From Candidatus Firestoneibacteriota bacterium (GTDB lineage Bacteria; Oederibacteriota; D2-FULL-39-29; JBBTED01): a stretch of DNA of 20,174 nucleotides. A model generated the notes under the pieces. That model saw only the letters and a program-made list of their open reading frames with translations. It had not been told where the DNA came from and ran no database searches. Positions 9,178 to 17,560 of this stretch are shown here, in pieces. The position numbers and the translations under genes were made by a program. The DNA is taken from positions 1 through 20,174 of the forward strand of contig JBBTED010000079.1 in NCBI GenBank assembly GCA_038042445.1, given 5' to 3'. Each line of letters opens with the position of its first letter. Position 1 is the first letter of the stretch.

Positions 9178-10983
9178 ATGACTATGTTAAAGCAAATGAA
9201 ATCCCGTGTGGCAAAACATATTGTAATTGGAATAGCTATTGGTATTTGTGCAATTATTTTAACAGTAGTTTTGTCAAAATTCGAATTATTTGATACTTTA
9301 GAGCTTAAAAGTTTAGATGCTAAATTCAGATTAAGAGGTGCAAAAACTCCTACATCGGACATAGTGATTGTTAATATAGATGATGAATCTTTTAATGAAC
9401 TTGGCGTATTTCCCTGGCCCAGAAATTTTCATAGTAAAGTAATAGATAATTTAAAAAAATCTGGTACCAAAGTTATTGCATTAGATATAGATTTTTCAAC
9501 TCCTGGGGCTTTTGGAGAAAAAATAGACTCTGAATTTGCGAATTCCATAAAAAAAGCAGGTAATGTAATTTTAGTAAGCACGTTTACTGTTATTAATGAT
9601 TCTAAATTCTCTTATGAAACTCCAAATTTTCCTATACCTGTTCTAAAAAATGCAGTAGCTGATTATGGATTTTCAAAATATGATATGGATAAAGACAGTT
9701 ACATTCGTCACTCAAAACTAAAAATTAATCATCAGAATGAAATCCATTATGCTTTTCCAATAGCAATACTGTCAAAATTTCTTGGAGTGGAAAAAAGTAA
9801 TATTGTTAAAAATATAGGTTCAGATGAGATGTTTGTAAATTTCTGTGGTGTGGCAAGGACATTTAAAAATATTTCATATCATCGTGTTTGTAACTCAGAG
9901 GAATTTGCAAAACTTCCACGTGATTTTTTTAAAGATAAAATTGTAATGATTGGTGCAACAGCTGAAGTTTTACATGATATATTTCCTACATCATTTGGAT
10001 CTATGCCTGGAGTTGAAATACATGCGAATACAATTGATACAATACTTAAAGGGGAATATATAACGAAAACAGGAAGATTTTTGGATTATATAATTTTAAT
10101 AGCGCTAACTTTATTAGTTTCTTCCATTGCAGTTAAATTTTCTCCACTTAAAAGTTTGTCTGCATTTCTTTTTTTAATTGTGTTGTTATGGGTGATAAGT
10201 TTTTACAGTTTTTTTAGTTATAGAATATGTATTAATTCTATGGAGCCATTTGCAGGAATGTTTTTTGCTTATGTTGGGAATACAATTTACAGTGTTATAG
10301 TTGAGGGCAAAGAAAAACGAAAAATAAAACATATGTTTTCACGATATGTTTCCCATAATGTAGTTAATGAATTATTGAGAAGTCCTGAAAAGCTTTCTTT
10401 AGGGGGAAAACGTGAGAAAGTTACAGTTTTATTTTCTGACATAAGAAATTTTAGCACAATGTCTGAGAAGATGACTCCTGAACAGGTGGTAGCAATGCTT
10501 AATGAATATTTTACGGAAATGGTTAATGTTGTGTTAAAATATGATGGAACAGTTGACAAATTTATTGGAGATGCAATAATGGCTGTGTTTGGCGCTCCAA
10601 TTAAGCATAATGATGATGCGAAACGTGCATGCTTAACTGCTTTGGAAATGCGTGAAGCTCTTGCGAGGCTCAGAACAAAATGGCAGACAGAAGGAAAGGA
10701 TTTCCTCGTAGATAATGGAATAGGGATAAATACAGGTGAGGTAGTAGTTGGAAATATTGGTTCTGCGATTAAAATGGAGTATACAGTTATAGGTGATAAT
10801 GTTAATATTGCATCCAGATTAGAAGGTTTGACAAAAAATCTTAAAGCTCCTGTGCTTATAAGCCAAAGTGTTTATGATGAAGTAAAAGATATTTTTGAAG
10901 TAAAAGCACATGGCAAACATCCTTTAAAAGGCAGAGCTGAATTAGTAGAAATATACGAGATTTTAAAAGTAAAAGAGGGGTAA
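9178..10983 (+). CDS. CHASE2-domain membrane sensor with class III adenylate/guanylate cyclase domain
   Basis: CHASE2 motifs 'IVIVNIDDES..FPWPR', 'VIALDIDF', 'KDKIVMIGAT', 'MPGVEIHAN'; three TM helices; cyclase motifs VLFSDIRNFS, DKFIGDAIMA, GINTGEVVVGNIGS, EYTVIGDNVNIASRLEG. Exact start uncertain (9178, 9184 or 9196). Confidence 0.93.
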   Translation: MTMLKQMKSRVAKHIVIGIAIGICAIILTVVLSKFELFDTLELKSLDAKFRLRGAKTPTSDIVIVNIDDESFNELGVFPWPRNFHSKVIDNLKKSGTKVIALDIDFSTPGAFGEKIDSEFANSIKKAGNVILVSTFTVINDSKFSYETPNFPIPVLKNAVADYGFSKYDMDKDSYIRHSKLKINHQNEIHYAFPIAILSKFLGVEKSNIVKNIGSDEMFVNFCGVARTFKNISYHRVCNSEEFAKLPRDFFKDKIVMIGATAEVLHDIFPTSFGSMPGVEIHANTIDTILKGEYITKTGRFLDYIILIALTLLVSSIAVKFSPLKSLSAFLFLIVLLWVISFYSFFSYRICINSMEPFAGMFFAYVGNTIYSVIVEGKEKRKIKHMFSRYVSHNVVNELLRSPEKLSLGGKREKVTVLFSDIRNFSTMSEKMTPEQVVAMLNEYFTEMVNVVLKYDGTVDKFIGDAIMAVFGAPIKHNDDAKRACLTALEMREALARLRTKWQTEGKDFLVDNGIGINTGEVVVGNIGSAIKMEYTVIGDNVNIASRLEGLTKNLKAPVLISQSVYDEVKDIFEVKAHGKHPLKGRAELVEIYEILKVKEG

Positions 10984-11025
10984 TTATACTGTGTCTTTAA
11001 AACATACAGCATAAGGGAGAAAACT

Positions 11026-12039
11026 ATGATAATTGTATTAACACCTGAAGTAACGGAAAAAGAGATAGAACATATTATTGAAAAAATAAAAAAAGTTGGA
11101 TTGGCACCTCATATTGTACGGGGTGTGGAAAAAACGATAATAATGGTAATAGGAGATGAACGTGCTTTTACATCGCTTCCTTTGGAATCTTTTCCTGGTG
11201 TTGAAAAAGTTATGCCTATTTTGCAGCCATTTAAACTTGCAAGCAGGGAATTCAAATCACAGTCTACTGTTATAAAAATAAACGATAAAGAAATAGGTGG
11301 AAATAAAATTGCTGTAATTGCAGGGCCTTGTGCAGTTGAGAATGAAGAAATGATATTAAAAATAGCAAAAGATGTTGCAAAAGCTGGTGCTAATTTTTTA
11401 AGGGGAGGAGCATTTAAGCCAAGAACATCTCCATATAGTTTTCAGGGATTAGGTGAAGAAGGTTTAAAATATTTAGCTAATGCCGGAAAAGCTGAAGGAT
11501 TACCTGTAGTTACAGAAGTTATGGATACACGTTCTGTAGAGCTTGTTGCAAAATACGCAGATATTTTACAGATTGGCACAAGGAATATGCAGAATTTTGA
11601 TTTACTTAAAGCTGTTGGTGATTGCAAGAAGCCTGTTTTATTAAAGAGAGGAATGATGTCTACAATAAAAGAACTTTTAATGGCTGCTGAATATATAATG
11701 TCCAGAGGAAATTACAATGTTATTTTATGTGAAAGAGGTATAAGAACTTTTGAAGATATGACAAGAAACACTTTGGATTTAACAGCAGTGCCGGTTGTCA
11801 AACACTTGAGTCATTTGCCTATTGTAGTTGACCCGAGTCATGGCACTGGGAAATGGAGATGGTCAATTCCAATGTCAAAAGCAGCTGTGGCGTGTGGAGC
11901 TGACGGATTGATTTTAGAAGTTCATCCATCACCTGAAGATGCAGTTTCAGATGGTGACCAGTCAATTCTGCCTGAGAAATTTAAAAAACTTGTTAGTGAA
12001 TTAAAAAGTATAGCTGTAGCAGTTGGACGGACTATTTGA
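11026..12039 (+). CDS. aroF: 3-deoxy-7-phosphoheptulonate (DAHP) synthase, type I-beta with N-terminal regulatory domain
   Basis: [59 protein letters not shown] upstream. Confidence 0.95.
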   Translation: MIIVLTPEVTEKEIEHIIEKIKKVGLAPHIVRGVEKTIIMVIGDERAFTSLPLESFPGVEKVMPILQPFKLASREFKSQSTVIKINDKEIGGNKIAVIAGPCAVENEEMILKIAKDVAKAGANFLRGGAFKPRTSPYSFQGLGEEGLKYLANAGKAEGLPVVTEVMDTRSVELVAKYADILQIGTRNMQNFDLLKAVGDCKKPVLLKRGMMSTIKELLMAAEYIMSRGNYNVILCERGIRTFEDMTRNTLDLTAVPVVKHLSHLPIVVDPSHGTGKWRWSIPMSKAAVACGADGLILEVHPSPEDAVSDGDQSILPEKFKKLVSELKSIAVAVGRTI

Positions 12040-12078
12040 CATTAAAATGACCTGTGGTTTGCTATAGGGAATTTGTAT

Positions 12079-12162
12079 GTCATCCGCCTAGTCGGATTCA
12101 GAATCTTGTTTTGGCAGTATTTTAAAGACACTGGATTCCCGATTAAAGAATTCGGGAATGAC
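12079..12162. repeat. divergent TGACA-tailed palindromic doublet
   Basis: Left GTCATCCGCCTAGTCGGATTCAGAATCT and right GGATTCCCGATTAAAGAATTCGGGAATGAC, with TGTCA/TGACA termini. Confidence 0.65.
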
Positions 12163-12173
12163 AAAGAAACAAT

Positions 12174-13031
12174 ATGAGAAAATTTGATGTAGTTACGATA
12201 ATTGGGGTTGGATTAATTGGGGGTTCAATTGGGCTTGCTATTAAGAAGAAAAAGCTTGCAAAAAAAATTATAGGTGTTGGTCGTTCTATTAAAAATTTAC
12301 GAATTGCAAAAAAACGCGGATGTATTGATATAGGAACAACAGATTTAAAAAGAAGCGTCCAAGATGCTCAATTAATTGTGTTTGCAACACCTGTGCAAAC
12401 AGTGCCGATTATACTAAAAAGTATACTGCCTTATTTAAAAAAAGGATGTCTTATTACTGATGCAGGTAGTTCTAAGGAAGATATAATAAAAGAGATAGAA
12501 AGAATTTTGCCTTCACAATTTCATTATGTGGGTGCGCATCCAATGGCAGGTTCTGAAAAATCCGGTTCAATATACGCAAGTGCTGATTTGTTTAAAAATG
12601 CAGTCTGTATTTTAACTCCAACTAATAAAACAAACAGGGAAGCATTATTAATTATTAGAAAATTCTGGGAATCTTTGGGTTGTAAGATTTTATTTCTTTC
12701 ACCTTTTGAACATGACACTATTATTTCAGGGACAAGCCATATTCCTCATTTGATAGCATGCGCATTAGTTGATTTTATAGGAAAGAAAATTCAGAAAGAT
12801 AAATCTGTTTTAGATTTAATTGGTAGCGGATTTAAGGATACTACTCGTATAGCTTTGGGAGATCCACAGATGTGGAGTCAGATATTCTTATCCAATAGAA
12901 AAAAATTGAGTGCGGATATTCAGAATTTTTGTGAAAGTATAGCAAAAATTGCAAAGTATATAAAAAAGAACGATAAAAATAATGTATTAAAGTTTTTGGT
13001 TAATTCAAAAAAATTACGTAGTAGAATTTAA
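12174..13031 (+). CDS. tyrA: prephenate dehydrogenase
   Basis: IIGVGLIGGSIG, TDAGSSK, GAHPMAGSEKSG, HD..SHIPHL, GFKDTTRIA; lies between aroF and aroA. Confidence 0.93.
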   Translation: MRKFDVVTIIGVGLIGGSIGLAIKKKKLAKKIIGVGRSIKNLRIAKKRGCIDIGTTDLKRSVQDAQLIVFATPVQTVPIILKSILPYLKKGCLITDAGSSKEDIIKEIERILPSQFHYVGAHPMAGSEKSGSIYASADLFKNAVCILTPTNKTNREALLIIRKFWESLGCKILFLSPFEHDTIISGTSHIPHLIACALVDFIGKKIQKDKSVLDLIGSGFKDTTRIALGDPQMWSQIFLSNRKKLSADIQNFCESIAKIAKYIKKNDKNNVLKFLVNSKKLRSRI

Positions 13032-13034
13032 GCT

Positions 13035-13090
13035 GTCATGCCGAACTTGTTTCGGCATCTCATTAGATCCTGAAACAAGTTCAGGATGAC
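13035..13090. repeat. TGACA-tailed palindromic repeat, inverted doublet
   Basis: GTCATGCCGAACTTGTTTCGGCATCTC (13035-13061) and AGATCCTGAAACAAGTTCAGGATGAC (13065-13090). Confidence 0.9.
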
Positions 13091-13115
13091 AAAAAGGTCA
13101 GTAGAAAATTTATTT

Positions 13116-14411
13116 ATGAGCTATATAAAAATTTCTCCAGCCAAAGGACTCAACGGTGTAATTAAAATTCCAGGTGATAAATCTATTTCTCATAGAGCTG
13201 TGATATTAGGCGCATTGTCTTGTGGAGATACAAATATACATAATTTTCTTTATGCCCAAGATACAATGCGAACTGTCCAAATATTTCAGGATATGGGTGT
13301 TGAAATACAGGGTGCTGATTCGGGTTCTACTAATATTACAATTTATGGAAAAGGTTTGCAGGGTTTAAAACCTCCAACTAATGTTTTATATGCCGGAAAT
13401 TCAGGAACTACAATGAGGCTGATGCTTGGAGTTCTTGCAGGCCAGAAATTTAAAACTGTTATTACAGGTGACGAAAGTTTAAAAAAAAGACCTATGCACA
13501 GAGTTGTTGAACCATTGCAATTAATGGGAACAAAAATTTATAATGGCAAAGATGGAAATTTCGCACCACTTACTGTCCAAGGTGGAAAACTGAAAGCTAT
13601 AAAATATATTATGCCTGTTGCAAGTGCTCAGGTTAAATCTGCTGTGCTTTTGGCAGGGCTTTGGGCAGATGGAGAAACTGTAATTACTGAATCAGTAAAA
13701 TCCCGTGATCATACAGAGAGAATGTTAAAATTTTTTGGTGCAAGAATACACAAAAAAGGGAATAAAATCGCAATTAAAAAAACAGACAAGTTTGTTGGTA
13801 AAAAGGTGTCTGTTCCTGGAGATATTTCATCAGCAGCATTTTTTCTTGCTGCAGGATGTTTCTGCAAAAATTCTGATTTGATGCTGTTAAATGTGGGAAT
13901 AAATCCAACACGAATAGGTATTATTACAGTTTTAAAGAAAATGGGGGCTGATATTGAAATCATAAATAAGCATAAAGAGGGGTTTGAACCAGTTGCTGAT
14001 ATTCGTGTTAAATCCAGTAATTTGAAAGGAATTATTATTGAAGGTGGAATAATACCAAAACTTATAGATGAAATACCAATAATTGCTGTAGCTGCCAGTT
14101 TTGCAAAGGGGAAAACAATAATAAGAAATGCCCAGGAGCTGAAATTCAAGGAGAGCAATAGGATTATTTCTATTATTACAAATTTGAGAAAATTAGGTGT
14201 AACTGTTGAGGAATTGAATGATGGAATGGTTATTTATGGTGGGGAGCCTTTAATAGGTGCAAATTTGGATTCGTATGGAGACCACAGAATAGCAATGTCT
14301 ATGGCAATTGCAGGATTGTCTGCTATAGGAGAAACAAAAATAAATGATACTGAATGTATTAACACATCTTTTCCTGAGTTTATGGATATTTTAGAAGAGA
14401 TTAGACAATAA
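13116..14411 (+). CDS. aroA: 3-phosphoshikimate 1-carboxyvinyltransferase (EPSP synthase, class II-like)
   Basis: PGDKSISHRA, GNSGTTMRL, SAQVKSA, SRDHTERML, VPGDISSAAF, NPTR, DHRIAMS. Start moved from 13086 (inside the repeat) to ATG 13116. Confidence 0.95.
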   Translation: MSYIKISPAKGLNGVIKIPGDKSISHRAVILGALSCGDTNIHNFLYAQDTMRTVQIFQDMGVEIQGADSGSTNITIYGKGLQGLKPPTNVLYAGNSGTTMRLMLGVLAGQKFKTVITGDESLKKRPMHRVVEPLQLMGTKIYNGKDGNFAPLTVQGGKLKAIKYIMPVASAQVKSAVLLAGLWADGETVITESVKSRDHTERMLKFFGARIHKKGNKIAIKKTDKFVGKKVSVPGDISSAAFFLAAGCFCKNSDLMLLNVGINPTRIGIITVLKKMGADIEIINKHKEGFEPVADIRVKSSNLKGIIIEGGIIPKLIDEIPIIAVAASFAKGKTIIRNAQELKFKESNRIISIITNLRKLGVTVEELNDGMVIYGGEPLIGANLDSYGDHRIAMSMAIAGLSAIGETKINDTECINTSFPEFMDILEEIRQ

Positions 14412-14424
14412 TTTCCCATTGTAT

Positions 14425-14454
14425 TGTAGGGAACGGTCGCGACCGTTCCCTACA
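14425..14454. repeat. perfect 30-bp GTAG-tagged palindrome
   Basis: TGTAGGGAACGGTCG|CGACCGTTCCCTACA. Confidence 0.88.
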
Positions 14455-14469
14455 GGGGGAATAATACAA

Positions 14470-15129
14470 ATGTTATTATATAAAATTGGCAAGACAGTTC
14501 TTTTTCCATTATTCAAAATGTTTTTTAAATTAGAAATTATTGGTGAAGAAAATATACCAAAAACTTCTGCTGTTATAATTGCGGCAAATCATTTAAGTTT
14601 TCTTGACCCACCTATTTTAGGAACAGCAGTTAGAAAGAGGCACCTGCATTTTTTAGCAAGGCGTTCTTTATTTAAAAATATTTTTTTTGGATGGATATTG
14701 CGTAATGTTCATACATATCCTATTGCCAATGATTCAATAGGAAAAGGTGGAATTGAAACTGCAATAAAATTACTTGAAGAAGGAAAGGCAGTCGTAGTTT
14801 TTCCCGAAGGCACAAGGAGTCATACAGGCGAACTTCAGAAGGGAAAATCTGGAATTGGTATGGTATCCTATAAGTCTAAATTTCCGGTTATTCCTGTATA
14901 CATAGACGGGACTTATGAAATATTGCCGCGTGGAAGCAAAATGTTGAAACCTGCAAAAGTTACAATAAAGGTAGGCAAAATTTTAAAACTTGATGATTTA
15001 TATGCAATGCCTCCATCAAAAGAAATTTACAATGCAATAACTGAAAAAATAATGTTTGCTATTGCCCAGCTTTCAAATGAAAAATATGGTCCGGTGGAAA
15101 AAGACGGACCATACTGTAAAAAATATTGA
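14470..15129 (+). CDS. plsC: 1-acyl-sn-glycerol-3-phosphate acyltransferase
   Basis: NHLSFLDP (HX4D), FPEGTRS, PVIPVYI. ATG 14470 follows AGGGGGA (14454-14460). Confidence 0.9.
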   Translation: MLLYKIGKTVLFPLFKMFFKLEIIGEENIPKTSAVIIAANHLSFLDPPILGTAVRKRHLHFLARRSLFKNIFFGWILRNVHTYPIANDSIGKGGIETAIKLLEEGKAVVVFPEGTRSHTGELQKGKSGIGMVSYKSKFPVIPVYIDGTYEILPRGSKMLKPAKVTIKVGKILKLDDLYAMPPSKEIYNAITEKIMFAIAQLSNEKYGPVEKDGPYCKKY

Positions 15130-15155
15130 CGCAAATAGATATGCTTGGATATAAT
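15126..15155 (+). promoter_or_regulatory. putative sigma70 promoter for the lipoprotein genes
   Basis: TTGACG (15126-15131), 18-nt spacer, TATAAT (15150-15155). Confidence 0.5.
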
Positions 15156-15187
15156 GAAATGCGGTTGTGTTATATTGTATTATAGTG

Positions 15188-15264
15188 GTAGTCGCAGGCT
15201 TTAGCCTGCGGTAAAAAACATAGACGTTTAGTTCGCAAGACCGCAGGCTAAAGCCTGCGACTAC
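15188..15264. repeat. GTAG-tagged REP doublet (REPIN-like)
   Basis: Perfect 25-bp inverted repeats GTAGTCGCAGGCTTTAGCCTGCGGT / ACCGCAGGCTAAAGCCTGCGACTAC around a 27-nt spacer. Confidence 0.9.
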
Positions 15265-15306
15265 AAAAAACAATGGCATAAAAAGTTGTTTGTGAGAATG
15301 GATGTG

Positions 15307-15942
15307 ATGATAATTAAAAAAATAAAAAAAAACATTTTTTTAGCAGTTATTGGTTTAATATTTTTGGCTGGATGTGCTTCAGGGCATAAATATTTAATGA
15401 GGCCGTATAATTCGCCGCAAAGTATTGCTGTGTTACCATTTGCAAATGAAACAACAAGTTTAGATGGGGCAGTTTTGTTAAGATATTTGGTGTGGCAGGA
15501 GCTTAGGGCTAAAGGTTATGATGTCCTGGATTTAGAAGAAACAGATAGAATTTTGCAGGAGCAAGGTATAACTGATGGGGGACAGCTTTCTGCAATTTTA
15601 GAAGATGAGTTGGGAAAAATGCTTTCTGTTGAAGCATTATTATATGGCACAGTTAAAACATTTAAACATATTATGCTGGGATTTTATGAAAATAGAGTAG
15701 TAGAGGCAGAATTTAAATTAGTTGATGCTAAAAGTGTTGCATTGTTATGGAATGATGAACGTGATGAATCTACAAAAAGGTTTAGATTTGGAGCATTGGA
15801 TAGTGTGGGTGCATTGGCTGGAGAAATAGGCAAACAAGCAGCTGTTGCAACTGCGAAAAAAGTATTGTTTTCTTCTCCACTTCGTTTTGAAGCAGAACGT
15901 TTGATTAATAATTCGTTTAGAACATTGCCAAATAGATGGTGA
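15307..15942 (+). CDS. lipoprotein, DUF799/GNA1162-like
   Basis: Lipobox LAGC after a K-rich and hydrophobic stretch; 'SIAVLPFANET', 'KGYDV..ETDRIL..GITDGGQL', 'LLYGTV'. Next to a CsgG-like gene. Start uncertain (15286, 15298 or 15307). Confidence 0.7.
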   Translation: MIIKKIKKNIFLAVIGLIFLAGCASGHKYLMRPYNSPQSIAVLPFANETTSLDGAVLLRYLVWQELRAKGYDVLDLEETDRILQEQGITDGGQLSAILEDELGKMLSVEALLYGTVKTFKHIMLGFYENRVVEAEFKLVDAKSVALLWNDERDESTKRFRFGALDSVGALAGEIGKQAAVATAKKVLFSSPLRFEAERLINNSFRTLPNRW

Positions 15943-15964
15943 AAAAATATATAGGTATTTAGTC

Positions 15965-16015
15965 GTAGGGGCGAGTTTGCTCGCCCGTTTATTGGGCGGA
16001 TAAATCCGCCCCTAC
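15965..16015. repeat. GTAG-tagged REP-like doublet
   Basis: GTAGGGGCGAGTTTGCTCGCCC-GTTTATT-GGGCGGATAAATCCGCCCCTAC; near-identical to 1825-1875. Confidence 0.9.
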
Positions 16016-16022
16016 GTCCTAT

Positions 16023-16070
16023 GTAGGGTCCGCCTAGGCGGACTAATGCAAACCTAAAGGTTTGCCCTAC
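16023..16070. repeat. GTAG-type doublet containing the perfect palindrome GTCCGCCTAGGCGGAC
   Basis: GTAGGGTCCGCCTAGGCGGAC-TAAT-GCAAACCTAAAGGTTTGCCCTAC. Confidence 0.8.
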
Positions 16071-16117
16071 AGTAGTTTATACTTTAATTTTTAAATTATA
16101 TGAAGAGGGGGAATTGA

Positions 16118-17059
16118 ATGAAAAAATTTGTAATAGTAATTTGTTGTATGGTTTTAGTGCCTGGTTTGTTTTTATTATCGGGTTGTGGGACAAGTACGTA
16201 TGTTAAAGGCGAAAGTCTTAGTTCGGATGCTCAGGCAAGTGATAAAAAAGAAGATGTGTTAGTTGGTCCTAAACGTAGAGTGGCAGTAGTTGATTTTGAA
16301 AATAAAACAATATACGGTAAACGTAGATTAGGTTCATCTGTTGCAGATATTCTTGTGACAGAGTTGAAAAAATCAGACCGTTTTATTTTAGTAGAGAGAG
16401 AAAAAATAAATAAAATACTTGAGGAACAAAAATTTCAATATACAGGTGCAGTTGCTGAATCTACTGTAGTTGAATTAGGTAAAATTCTTGGAGTAAGCGC
16501 TATGATTACTGGAAGTGTATCTCAATTTGGAGTTAAGACAGAAAGTGGTTCTGCAATAATTTCAGAGAGCAAAACACAAACTGCTCAGGCAGTAGTGGAT
16601 GTGCGAGTTGTTGATATAGCAACTGGTAAATTGCTGTATGCGGAATCTGCAAAGGGAACTGCTAAAAAAACATCATCTTCTTTTTTGGGTATAGGTGGAA
16701 GTTCCGGGTATGACGAAACTTTGGAAGGAGATGCATTGCGAGAATCAATAATTCAGCTTGTGAAAATAATTACATCAAAAATTGATTCAATTTCCTGGAA
16801 TTGCACTGTAGCAGAAATTATGGGGGACAAAATTTATCTTGATGCAGGCAAAGAATCAAATTTGCAAATAGGTTCTAAAGTTGATATTTTCAGAACTACT
16901 AAAGAAATAAAAGGTTCATCAGGTGAAGTAATTGGTAAATTGGAAGATAAGATATGCACATTAGAATTAGTAGAATATTTTGGAGAAAACGGTTCTATTG
17001 CGAAGTTAGTATCCGGTGAAGCTCCGCAAAACGGGGATATTTGCAGGGTTGCGAAGTAG
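16118..17059 (+). CDS. CsgG/HfaB-family lipoprotein with C-terminal extension
   Basis: Lipobox LSGC; 'RVAVVDFENK', 'RFILVERE..ILEEQ', 'GKILGV..ITGSVSQFG', 'VDVRVVDIATG'. RBS GAGGGGG. Confidence 0.8.
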   Translation: MKKFVIVICCMVLVPGLFLLSGCGTSTYVKGESLSSDAQASDKKEDVLVGPKRRVAVVDFENKTIYGKRRLGSSVADILVTELKKSDRFILVEREKINKILEEQKFQYTGAVAESTVVELGKILGVSAMITGSVSQFGVKTESGSAIISESKTQTAQAVVDVRVVDIATGKLLYAESAKGTAKKTSSSFLGIGGSSGYDETLEGDALRESIIQLVKIITSKIDSISWNCTVAEIMGDKIYLDAGKESNLQIGSKVDIFRTTKEIKGSSGEVIGKLEDKICTLELVEYFGENGSIAKLVSGEAPQNGDICRVAK

Positions 17060-17140
17060 AGATGCTGATGAGATGCTGATGAGATGCTGATGAGATGCTG
17101 ATGAGATGCTGATGAGATGCTGAAACGAGTTCAGCATGAC
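17059..17140 (+). repeat. 11-bp tandem array (GAGATGCTGAT)x5 running into a TGACA-tailed palindrome
   Basis: Units start at 17059, 17070, 17081, 17092 and 17103, followed by GAGATGCTGAAACGAGTTCAGCATGAC (17114-17140). Confidence 0.95.
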
Positions 17141-17149
17141 AATATAAAT

Positions 17150-17437
17150 ATGAATGGTCATTATTGTGTGTATATTCTTACAAATAAGTCTGATAGAGTT
17201 CTTTATATCGGAGTAACAAATAATCTTGAACGTAGAATGTTTGAACATAAAAATAAATTGATTGAAGGTTTTTCAAAAAGGTATAATCTTAACAAGCTTA
17301 TTTATTACGAAGTTACAAACGATGTAAGTGCTTCTATAAGTAGAGAAAAACAACTTAAAAATTGGCATAGGGATTGGAAAATAAATTTAATAAATCAATT
17401 TAATCCTAATTGGGAAGATTTAAGTGAAGAATTTTAA
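17150..17437 (+). CDS. stand-alone GIY-YIG nuclease family protein (95 aa)
   Basis: 'YCVYIL..VLYIGVTNNLERRMFEHK', 'FSKRYNLNKLIYYE', 'ISREKQLKNWHRDWKINLI..NPNWEDL'. Start moved from 17117 (inside the repeat) to 17150. Confidence 0.9.
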   Translation: MNGHYCVYILTNKSDRVLYIGVTNNLERRMFEHKNKLIEGFSKRYNLNKLIYYEVTNDVSASISREKQLKNWHRDWKINLINQFNPNWEDLSEEF

Positions 17438-17560
17438 GAGATCCTGAAACGAGTTCAGGATGACAAAAAAACAGAAAAGTTGTCACCCTGAACTTGTTTC
17501 AGGGTCTAAAAGAGATGCTGATGGGATGCTGATGGGATGCTGAAACGAGTTCAGCATGAC
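17438..17560. repeat. cluster of three TGACA-tailed palindromes plus a short 11-bp array
   Basis: 17438-17464 (+), 17482-17507 (-), 11-mers at 17512 and 17523, then 17534-17560 (+). Confidence 0.92.

Larger units (their letters stand above)
17059..17560 (+). mobile_element. putative repeat-flanked GIY-YIG nuclease cassette (REPtron-like)
   Basis: Small nuclease gene between csgG-like and recN, bracketed by direct repeats, with 4 cognate palindromes. Mobility is inferred, not shown. Confidence 0.5.

Noticed and set aside
13086..14469. ORF-track starts for aroA (13086) and plsC (14419)
   Set aside because: They lie in or read through palindromic repeats; ATG 13116 and ATG 14470 fit the protein families better.
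17006..17248. Minus-strand 80-aa ORF with a QHLISISSAS repeat
   Set aside because: It is antisense to the GIY-YIG gene, and its repeat is just the 11-bp array translated.
17150..17437. Intron-encoded homing endonuclease or IS transposase
   Set aside because: No gene is interrupted, the protein has no appended DNA-binding domain, and there is no DDE or HUH motif.
17059..17560. CRISPR array
   Set aside because: The 11-mers have no spacers, the palindromes are irregularly spaced and in both orientations, and no cas genes are present.
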